The position numbers were made by a program, and so were the translations under genes. From Phoronis australis (taxonomy: Eukaryota > Animalia > Phoronida), in NCBI GenBank assembly GCA_002633005.1, contig NMRA01000103.1:220690-284689 (forward strand): 64,000 bases of DNA, given 5' to 3'. Below, in pieces: positions 24,059-36,000 of this stretch. The notes under the pieces were generated by a model. That model was given only the letters and a program-made list of their open reading frames with translations. It did not search any database and was not told the DNA's origin. Each line of letters starts with the position of its first letter. Positions within the stretch are counted from its first letter, which is position 1.

Positions 24059-27000
24059 CTGGAAGGAAATAACAGACTTAGAAAGGCCTTGCTCTCACAC
24101 TGTTGTCAAAAAGGCGTAAATACAACATTGTTTAAAGAAAGGACATGATGGCGATAATCACGGCGCTGGTGGAGATATTGTTGGTAGGACTAGTGCTGGA
24201 GATGAGGGTGATGACGGAAATGGTGTCAAGAAAGGTGATGATATTGACGACTGTGATTATGGTGATAACGGCGATAATAACAGACGTGACCTTGACAGTA
24301 TATGTAGGTCTCATGAACTGAGTACAGAAATGATGATGACGGATGATTGTGGCGATATGTGTTAATACATGCTTGGTGCCCCCCTTGGACGACACCTGTT
24401 TTTAGTACCCCCCTTCGGCAGGCGCCCGGCGGCAACTGACACCCTTGCTACGGGACAGAGTCAGTCACTCGACGCCATCTATAATTTGAATGAACCACAC
24501 ATGCCAGTTGGTCGAAAATGGCTTCAATGAAAACCTGCAAAATAGCCGTTTTGCCACACGAAATCAATACATAAAAATTTGAAAATGAACTTTGAAAGTT
24601 ATGTCATTAAATTATTCAATCATGGTCCTTTAAAAGTGTATCACTCATTTGTTATCAGCTTGCTATGACATGCTAGTAAAATGCATTCAAACATGTCTAC
24701 TTCGGCGCTCAATTTCATTGCAAAATGGAGGTGCATGGCACAAAAAGAGAAATTATAGATGAAAATTCTTTGAACGAGAAATTTTTCTACTTCTCACCAA
24801 ATCAAACTCATGAACTAAATCTAAAAAATCATTCTGTGATTTTGGGTATAGACTCTACCTGTTGGAATTACTCTTAAGGTGTTATAGGATTTCATTTCCT
24901 TTAGCAGCTTACTTCACAGGCAAAGCAAATACATGGGTTGTTCAACCCCATCAAACTCTGAAGCCGTTTTTCTTGAGCTGTTAATGGTTTCGATGTTCTT
25001 GTTGGTGGCGGAAATGGAATCTATTACTCCATATAAAGAATGTTGGGTTATTTCACCTTGGATTTATGTTTTAGATAGCTTATCAGGGTTTTGAGTGACG
25101 GCTTAACTGACCAATCAGAAAGGCTTAGCAGCATTCATGACACACCTTCTTTTCCAAGCCGCCATTTTACTCGACAAACAACACGTTACCAGGTAAAACT
25201 TGTTGTTTTTTGGCGACATTTCGCAAAGGGCGAAGCTTGCGATAGGTCAATTGCAGGATTAATTAAACCACTATGATTTTCTACGCATAAGTACATGAAA
25301 CAAGTGAGCGAAATGCTTTTGCATTAGTCGGTTCTACAATCCTTGTTGAGTTTGGATCCCAACCACCACGTGCCAAAATAGCATGCCAGGACCACAAGTC
25401 GTGCTTAATTTTGAATTGTACTCAATTCTCGGGAACTGAAGCGGAGGCTCATTTTGCTGGATCTGTATTCAACATAAATGTGTATTTAGTTGCCTCTCTA
25501 AGTGAATTCTGCAAACCTTTCTACAAAGTTGACTCTACTTCGTTGCGGAAATTAAGTGCGTGTGGCCGTTGTCACAACTTTTTAAACCACAAACTATACC
25601 TGTAATTGTTATAAAAATGTCATATTATGACGGACTCACTTCAAAAACTATATTGAACGTGTGAAGCGACATTACCGTTTTCTAATCGCTTGCTTCCCGC
25701 CCGGCACACTGAACAATGTATTCAGACAATAGTTCTTGTCGGCGCTACATGCCTCAAGTTTCTCGTCACAAGATCCATCGTCCTTCGGGTCACACGTGTA
25801 ACAAGAAAATCCTGCAGACAGAAAATGGCACCACGCTAATTAAAATATACACTATTGGCCAAGCTCAGCGCCTATAAATTTACTATACATGATTAGCACA
25901 TACTGATCAATTGCTGATTATATAATTGTCCAAATCTCGTGTGAAAAAGGCGAAATGCCGCTTATGGGATGGATGACGTCAATCAAGAGACCTATGGTTT
26001 GATTCCCAGTCCGGGTTCCGGATATTTCTGTGCCCTTAGTCTCCACAACAATTTTTTTTGTCTTGAACTTGTATAGAGATAAGGTACAATAAATTTATAG
26101 TTGTAAGACCTTCCTGAGAAGTTCGCATACTGTAAAATGGGATTTGGGACTTTTTAGCAATCTGACATCGTATTTTTAGTAAAATGTAGCAAAAAAAAGT
26201 CCGTTGATAGCAAATAACTGTATCAGTAACGTGATCAAATTTTACGAGAGCTTAAATTGCTGTTACAGTTTTCTAAGACATCATTGCGTTTTTCTTATGC
26301 TACATCTTTAATTTTTTTATGGAAATCATGACAATCATATTTCTGATGGACACTCATGCAAAGCCTTTACATAACAATTTCTAATACAGTTTTGGGGAAT
26401 AGTGCATAAACAATAGCACCTAAACGTTACATGTGAATCCAGTCTGCCATTTCTGATATGTGATCTTCCAAAGCTCAAGCCGAAGTGGGTACTACGACAC
26501 GCTTAGTACATAATGGAGATTTTCTGTTCTAGTTCTACTCTCATCCCAGTACATTCAAGTCAATAACTACGTAACCACCCTTGACCATCAAAATCAGGGA
26601 ATGGCAACCTTGTTCTTTTCATTAATTTCATTAATTACTAATGGTTAAAATATCTTTGTCTTAATTCAACTAAAAATCTCGGTGGTATAATCTGTCATTT
26701 TTTACCCTCAAACGTGTAAAAACGTGGATAATTACCGGCTGGTTCCGTTGGCTGAATCGTGGTTGGTTTCACTGTTGTCGGTTCTGTTGTCGTGGGCCTC
26801 AATGTTGTAGGTTCACTCGTCGTCGTTGGTTTCAAAGTTGTAGGTTCGGGTGTCGTTGGTTTCAATGTTGTTGGTTCGGGTGTCGTTGGTTTGAAAGTTA
26901 TGGGTTCGGGTGTCGTTGGTTTCAAAGTTGTTGGCTCGGGTGTCGTTGGTTTCAATGTTGTTGGTTCGAGTGTCCTTGGTTTCAAAGTTGTTGGTTCGGG

Positions 27001-30000
27001 TGTGGTTGGTTTGAAAGTTATTGGTTCGGGTGTCGTTGGTTTCAAAGTTATAGGCTCGGGTGTCGTTGGTTTCAATGTCGTTGGTTCGGGTGTCGTTGAT
27101 TTCAATGTCGTTGGTTCGGGTGTAGTTGGTTTCAATGTTGTTGGCTCGGGTGTCGTTGGTTTCAATGTCGTTGGTTCTGTTGTCGTGGGTTTCAGTGTTG
27201 TTGGTTCAGTCGTCGTCGTTGGTTTCAATGTTGTTGGCTCTGGTGTTGTCGGTTTCCGCGTTGTCTTCGGTATGGTTGGACACGGTGCTAAGTTAAGGCA
27301 AACTCTCGAGTCTGTCTGAGTTGTGTCGATTAATGGGATGCCTACTACACCAAGAGTTGTGGTCTCCTTAGAACCACTGCCATGTTTACGGTGACTGTGA
27401 CTGTTATGTTTATGGTGACTGTGGCTGCCATGTTTATGATGGCTATGGCTGCCATGTTTACTCTTGGATCTTTTACTACGTTTTTCGTGTGTACGTTGCC
27501 TTTTTACGGTGCCTGATTTAAGCACCCACAGGTTTCCTAAAATCAAAGAAAGAACTTTAAAAACTTGGTTTTTGTCGCTTAAGATGTTCAACAGATTATT
27601 CAGAATACTTAACTCTATCCATGCACTTAAATGTGTATTCACTTAGCTTAGTGAAGTTTACTTGAAATCCGCCGACATATTTTCAACCACGCTCCGAGAG
27701 ATGTATATTTTACTTATTAAAGTTTTTTTCAACAATCATAGACATTTTCAATAGTGCAATATTTTTATTTATCCCATACGTGTTAAATCTGTCGAGGGAA
27801 ATACGGCCATGTCCTAAAGTTTTCCGTATTCACCTCCCGCACTACTTCAACAGTGACCTCTGACACGGAAAGTTCAAAAGGTAGGTCAATGTCGACTCGA
27901 CGTCGTTAGCCGGCTCGATTACCAAACGTTCGGAAAATAGTTTAAAGAAACATAATTAAAGCAGTGTAAATAACGCTCAATATACAATCATGTCTTAGGC
28001 GTAACATCTGGAACAGGACTGTTAATTATATGACAGTTCTGTCTCAGTTTTCATTCGCTAAATATTTTATCGTCTGCAACTCAGGTGCCGATTCATCTGT
28101 AATTACAATATCAAATATTGTTGTTATTTAACTTTTTTCAGGAGATGTTACAAGTTCAATGAAAGTTACCCTTGTTTTCATCTTCGTTGTCTCTTTTCAG
28201 GTAATAAATTGTCACATTTAAAACTGTTTCTTTTACTAGAGAAAACTTGCAGCCTAACATGCAAGTACACACATATAGGATGTGATCCGCCACGTGAACA
28301 GTTTGAGTGAAGTATTTAAAAAAACAGCGGAAAAAATTAAAGAAACTTTGGAATTCGAAGCGTATGGGATAAATACAAAAGGTACCTCGATTGGCATACA
28401 TTAAGTGATATCCCACTCGACATTATTCCGCGTAACGACCTCGACCTTCGGACTCGGTCGATACGCGAAATAATGTTGTCTTGTGGGATATTACTTCGTC
28501 AACGCCACTCTCGATACGTTATGTTTATATCTCACCTTTCTTTGCTGCTCATAACATTTCCACACTTGCATAATTTATGTGCCAAATGAGCGAGTTATTT
28601 TGTACGACGCCAATTGATTTTAAAGTGATATAATCGGCCACAGTGAAACATGAACGAAACACAGAAACAGTTTACAAAACCTTTTCATCAAGAACACGTC
28701 GACTTTCACTTGAATGTGTTTTAAAGAAACATTAAAACATAAAAGAAGAATTGCTAGTAACTGAAGATCCGGAAGTAACATACGCCTCATTCGTTGAAAA
28801 TGAACTATTAAATGGTTATTTGGTGAAACATGATTGTATTTGACGTAAGCTGACTTTAAAGACCACCTTCAATTGCACCACGCGCAAACCTAGCTCGTGC
28901 GCTATTTTAAAGGCAGCACTCTGATCAAAATGAAGTGGCTATTTGCCAAATGGAACAGTTTGGCTCACCAGTAACTTCTTAGTTACCGCGAGGATCAGTT
29001 GCTACGAAGCTCTGGTGCTTTCGGTGAATACCTACTCCCGCTACTGGTACCGCTGAATGTTCGAAATTACTGTTTCGGGCCGTTCTTTTATAATTGTTTT
29101 CTCGAGGTTAAGGCAATAAGGCGTGAAAAAGCCCTCTCATGTATCTGCTGACGTGACTGCATTTATGTGTTTAAATTCTGTGTTTCTGAAGCATTGCTAA
29201 GACTTTGTGGAGTGCCCAGTACACCTAAAATAACAAAAATATCCCCGAACACTTTTGAACCTTTTTGATTTGACTTCACTTTGGTCGGATATGTTTCTAC
29301 ATCAGAGTGCAATACACGAATTAAGTTAACCAAATATAAAAATACGTCACGCGGCAGCTGTCGTACATCGTGGATAAAAATGCTAACAGCTTGGTGTGCT
29401 ACAGCTGAGAAGCAATCCTTCTCACCGTAGCCTTTCAGAATCTTTCTTCGCAGCTCGCGTAGTTTTCTTTCTGTGCTAGCTTTCATTCCACGGTTGAGCA
29501 CATTAATCAAATCTCTTTCTTCTTTCATTAGACCAGGAAGTTCTTTAGAGCCCAGATGAGATTTTACTTTGGAAGGCTTGCCTAAGTAAAAAGACAAGAA
29601 TGTACATGTAACTTCAGTTAGTTTATGAACAGTCATCGTGGTTTTGCCCACCTCGCCGCTGATAGTTTTATCTCACCAAGTAGACCTACAACATAGGATT
29701 GTAAAGTATCTTTAAAGTTGCCTCGTCAAAATTTGCAGTTTTAGAAACGATCAGTGTCATAACCGTAGGAAGGTTTCTGTGTTCTACGTCTAAGAAGATG
29801 TGATCGCCTTCCCGACTGAAAATCAGTTTTGTCCAATTTCCGCTCGCCACCACCAACTCCACCTATGTAGGTCGCCATCACTCTCGAAATCTTACGGTTT
29901 TGCTTCGCTTAGGCTTTGTAGACTTAATGGAGTTATTGTAATGTTACAATGGGCTCTAACTAAAACACGATATCGGTCTACTGATTGTTATGCTACAGCG

Positions 30001-33000
30001 GTCTCTAAATAACAAACGATATCAGTCTATTGATATATAGTCAACTCTACATACAAGCACCACATGTTCTCCGACATACGCTCATGGGCTTGTGTCTAGA
30101 TAGCTTCAAAAACATGGTCGGGCAAGTTTGTATCTGACGTTCGTGTATTCGCTAGTTGGTCCTTACGCCCATATGGACTTTCATAATTCGATAATCGCAC
30201 CACCGAAGAGATTGGCTTGACGGGGATTGATGGGTAGAAAGGGTCCGGCCAGTACCCGACCAGGTGAGAATACTATAGAAAAAAAAGCGTTGGTCTTTTG
30301 TCCAAGTTGGGAGGCTCCCACCAGAGTTGATACACTAGTTTATGAGTTGCACTATTGACGTTTATTGGCAGTTTAGATATGTTACCCCGTCCGTTTGATG
30401 TTGATTTAACTGAACATTTCCGTGTCCTTGTTTGAGTCCCGTGACCACAGGTAGCGCTGCATGTACTCCAGTCGGACCATTTCCCACAAGGCTCTGTAAA
30501 AAAACCAAAATTATTGGTATGTTTAACAGTTTCGGTAATAGGAACAATTGTTTGTCAGATGACCTTTCCATGATTCTCCGAAAGCTGTGCACGCGTGCAC
30601 CTTTTCATTCAATCCCATATCAACCTTAAATACTAATACATGTACTGAACAGGTATCAATGTTTTCATTTGGACCATTTATCATTATAAAATTGGTTTGT
30701 CATTCCAAGGATTTGAAAGTGCGGAAAATCAAATATTACTTGAGACTATGTGCTCTATAAAACTGCTAGTCACATTACTTCTTGTCTTCCATTAATTAAT
30801 AATGTGAGTAGAAAGTAGTGTTATCAAAAGTTCGCCTCTTAAACGAAATCAAGTATGTACCCTAAAAGAATCGTCCGTAAAACCAAAAGAATTAGCATTC
30901 CTTTTGTTAGAAGGCGATCTTAGTCTATAGCATAAAATTTTGAAGATTTACGTTTTATCCGTCTTTACAGCTATTGTGTAAAAAACTGTAACAAAACCGA
31001 CGCTGCCGGAAGTCGCACATCTGAGTTCAATACCTTACCATCGTAGTGAGATATATAAATTCGAGTGTGATGATTGTACTAGTTTTGAGAGGGATGATGC
31101 TGAAGGAGAAAGAGAAGACGGAGATGATTACGGAGATGCTGAAGATCAAGATGGTTATGGTAATGACTATTGCGATGGCGACGACGAAGAAGATGATGAG
31201 GATTGTGTCTATGATGCATTAGGCAACTCGTACGCTAGCACTACATTGTACTGTACATGTATTTGCACGCAAGAGGATTAGGATGCAGACATATGGTGAT
31301 TGTAGTGTTAGCAGCGGCGGCGGTGAGGGTAATGAAGACGATGATCATGACGGAGACGAGGATGACGGCGACGATAAACATGATGATGAAGATACATGTA
31401 CATGTAATTCTGCATCTAATCATGATGATGATGGTGATGATAATCAAGTTGTTATTGATGATGACAACGATGATGACGATGGTGGTGGTGTGCAGCTGAT
31501 GTGGATGACGACGATAGTGATGATGACGATGGTGAGAAAGATTTTAAGGAGGCAGACACAGCGGTGGTGATGCTTAAACAATAAAGCCGGTGTGAGCAAA
31601 TGGGAACGATAGTGATGATGAAAGTGGTGGCACTCTGTTGAACGACAATTCCAGGAAACTATTTCCCTGGTCAAAAGGCTTTAAATTCATTAACAGTAGA
31701 GCGTATACATGTAGTTATGATTGATGACATCTTAAAGCAATTTCTTGCACCTCTTTAAATTAAAAGACCCTTATTAAGTCGATAAATGTCACCTATAGAC
31801 ACATAGAGCAGGGGCAGCGGGATTATTGCAATGCCTATTGATAGTCTGTTCAAATAAGGTAACAAAATTAGACGTGTTCTAAAATTAAAAAATTAATTAA
31901 ATGAACGAGTAGATGATTAACGCGACACGTGTTGTAAATTCGTGGCGTCTATTCTTTTTTCGGGGCAACTCATGGTCCAAAACAAGCTCAAATAAAATGT
32001 GCGGTTTGAAACACAACTCCCATCCAATACAACCATAACGTAACATAAGAATCGATTACAATTACACGATGAAAATTAATAACAAGAGAAGGTGGGATGA
32101 CGTGTCTTGTGGCTATTACAAATTTGTAATGTATTCACAGTATTCTATTCCATAGGACCACTGACGAAAAGACACACTGTGCTCACAGAAAAGATAGCGT
32201 GAAGCTTAGTTGATGGCCATTGTTGGATGGGAATAAAGGTCTAAAGACACAGTGCGGGTCTATGCAGCTCTCCAAAAACGAAAACAAAAATGTGTGAGAT
32301 AGATTTGTCTAAATGGGGAGTAATTGTCGTGAATTATAGTCAGTAGTAGACATGGCATTTCAGACACATACTCAACCAGACTTGATAACGATGTGATCCA
32401 CTGAACGGCGCCCTAAACAGCACTCTTAAAGTGGCTTAGAACGCATAATCCTGACTAAATTGCATTGTGCAAAGTGGTTCTCTGTCAAAGAAACAGAAGT
32501 CAGACTTTTCACCAGGTATTTGACGTTTTGTTCGTAAATATTTTGAATTTCTGTTGATGTCAAAGAGTTTTTCCTTTAGTTTCAAATTTCAAAAAATCTG
32601 ACAACTGCTCGTCTACCGCTCAATATTCATCATGTTTTCTCCCACCAGGCAACGCACGTTCCCTTATTTGGTATAAAAGGGCATAGATGTAGCATATTTC
32701 CATTATACATAAAAAAAATATCACCTTGAAACTTTCACGGAAAAAATGGCAATTATGCATTTTGGGAAATGTATATTGTGTAATTCTTTGAGCGCATGCG
32801 CGCATATATATTATTATGGGAGGGGGGTGGAAAATCGTGCTGGTGTGAAATAGCTGATATTTCGCCTTTGTTTCAAAAATCGTGAATATGACATTTTTTC
32901 TGAAAATTCTCGTAATATTCATAATGAATAACTCTCACAGTAGCATTACCGAGAAGTACGTGCGTCAAGATATGTTTTTCAAAAGTTTCGCATAAATGTT

Positions 33001-36000
33001 TACATCTATGCCTCTTTTAACTTCCTGTTTCTAAAACCGTGGACCCGCGCTGTTTAAATCAGTCATTTTGTGTATTCCGTTTTCTCATGACGCGCGGCGA
33101 ACATTCATCAAACCGTTTTATCTCACCGTAAGTCCGAAAAATCCCAAAACATATTTTAAATTGTCAAGAACTTTCCACGTAGCACGTGCATGTAAAATAA
33201 AAGTCAATGTTCGTTAATCTCAATTTTCTAGAAAGTGAGTGTAGAGAACAGTCTCCCGTTCAGTAAGGCTAGGACCTCGCTAAAAAGCAAGACTTCGTGA
33301 GATTACGCGAGAAGTTGCCATGTATTACAAATGAGAGCACGTGACTTTGGCTAGATTTTAGCTAGGTCCTAGCGTAGGTCCTAGCGTTACTGAACGCACG
33401 CCAGGTGTCAAGCTTATACAGTACTAGTTCATTAGCATGTGGTAAAACTAGTCCCACAAATCTTTATTCTTTGACCTCACCTACATAAAGAGTACCGAAC
33501 ACCATGATTGAACAAGCAAAAAGGTTCGCTACTGATGTTTTACTAAGCCCACGTGCGACTACAATGACGGTGCTCACCTGATAAAACTGTGCCCGAGTTG
33601 ACATTGCAAAGGTCGTCGCGACAACAGTAGTTACATCGACTTCCTAGGCGACCTACTGAGCATTCGTCTGGATTGTTGTTTTCTCGATTTAAGCACGTCT
33701 GTAGAAACACAAAAACAAGAGAGTGGAAAGATAGCACTGCACCAAATGACGAAGGCCACAACTTTGATGGCCCGTTTATGAACAGTTAGGGCCCCGAATT
33801 TGTGTCTACATTTTGATGAAGCTGACTGCGGACGGGCGGAAAGTGAACTTTTTTGACCAAACCATGCCTCGTACGCAACACCGTCCACTGGCTTCTTTCT
33901 AATATTGTACAATGCCTCAGTAGTCGGTTCTCATTCTGTGTTTCTCCAGTTCTAGTCGATGTAGTACTGAGGGCTCCTGTGGTGTACAGGGCCATATTAA
34001 ACAATGGTACCGCCGGGTCAACTGGCTAAGACATCTAATTGGTTCTCCATAATGGCTTCCGGCTTACACACCAATCAAATGTTTGTGCCGGTTGGACTAG
34101 AGAAACTGGCATAGTCAATCAAAAGTAGCCAATGGTGAATGAACCGTATGACACATAAGTACATGTACGTTGAAGCAAGTTATATGCAAATTGATTATTA
34201 CATGTTCTCAGTCGTTATCTCCCTTATCTGGAGCCCGAGTGGATTTTGTAGAATTATCGCCGTCGGGGCTGATGCCCTTCGGGGGAAAGTTCTCCAAAAT
34301 CCACGAGGGCTCTACGGGGATAACGGCATCGCCATGTATAACCTACATTTATACGCTCAGTATATGTGGTGCATGGCGAAGATGTTATCTCCCGTAATCT
34401 AGAGCCCCAGTGGATTTTGAAAAATTATCGCCTGAGAAGCGTTAGCCGCAAGGACAATAAATCTATAAAATCTTTAGATAAGGGAGTAACGTCTGGGAAC
34501 ATGTAATGATTTAAATATATACACAAATGTTTAAATGCTACACATTTTCCCATTTCACTGATGATTAAATATATTGCAAGACTACTTAATTAGTCATTAT
34601 CAGTAACCATTAATGTTTGTGATACTTGAAATCAAGAATTCACACATTTGTTTATTTGCATATACTCCTTCGAAAATATAAAAATATCCTAAGCGGTCTA
34701 GAACACGTTGTCCTAGATATACCTAACCGCTTGTGTGGGCCCACTGCACTGATCAACTGGAACCTTTTCATGCCTTATTAATGTATACTTAAACCCGACC
34801 TGAAGAGCTGGAGAAGTGACTCAAGGGTCGAGCAGTGTGTCCCCAGTGCCGGGAACTCGAACACACGACCTTGGGTAAAAGAAGTGGACACTTATCATAC
34901 TAAGTCACACTGACTCCACAGCATTCGTATAGTTATAGCTGTCTAAAGAAAAGTGTCATGGTTCGTAAATGGTGGCTGAAATTATTATACGTTTAGGAAG
35001 TACAAGTGCGGTAAAACTAAGATTTTAACTTTTTAATATTTTTAGATCATTTCAACGAGTTTATTTAGGATTCTTTGTTAAATGCAAAGAGAATTGTTCT
35101 GCGTTCCGTAGACCCAAGACACTGGCGAAGCACTTGCGGCGAAAATCTTCGATAAAGGAACGGTAACAGTGAATTGTATCGTACAATACATCATTTCAGC
35201 CTGATCAACCAATCACTAAGTGGTCGTCGTTTTGCTAAGGTACCTCAGAAAGGTCCCAAGTGTACTAGAGAAACACTCACGTGAAGTTACTTTTACGCAA
35301 GTTTCGCGCGTCTACGGAACACACCCTCTAATTAATTTACCAGTATGTTTGAACAGCCTTTGGTCGTTACCACGTTGCCATTTACAAGGTCGTACTGTGC
35401 AGAACACACCTGCAGGAAAGAACGTGAAGATGAATAAGCAAAAATCAAAAAGTAATTGGCCGCACACACGTGTGTACTGTCTTAGTTCCCTAATTACAAT
35501 CAGAGTATCGAAATTTCCCAAACTTATTTGTACACATGCGCATCCTGCTCCTTGAAACATCACTCCGCGTCCCAGGCAGTGGAACAGGATGAAAGCAAAT
35601 GAATAACGCGGGTGAACACTGACCCTTGCGTAAAAGGTGGATCCACAATGTGTACAATTAACGGCACTAAATGTAATTAGTTGTGACACAACCGGTGCAG
35701 TTGATCAACAGCAGTTATTTTCAGACTCATAATGGTACATTGAGTGTAGTTTAGGTAACATGCCTATTACCTTGGGACACGTTGTACCACACGGGCTAAT
35801 GGGCAATGCTTTGAATGCTGCGACGGCCACAAGTAATCGCACCGCGATTCAAGGCAGGCTAACACTTCGTTTTCCACGTTCATATTGATATCGGTAGAGA
35901 ACTCATGAGGTATTATATCAGGCTTGACTGAGAAAACCGAGCTCATTCGATACTCTGTTCGTATCTATCTTGTACAGACATCGCATTGAAAAAGACTAAC

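Noticed and set aside
26759-27319. 186-aa plus-strand Val/Gly-rich ORF
   Set aside because: Antisense shadow of the PTTPEPTTLK mucin exon.
29163-29425. 3' extension of ORF 29163..29651 as a terminal exon
   Set aside because: A strong phase-compatible donor at 29426/29425 links to the downstream exons, and the extension looks intronic.
31241-31674. Asp-rich, Met-rich or Ile-rich ORFs
   Set aside because: Degenerate GAT microsatellite in an intron, with no phase-compatible splice sites found.
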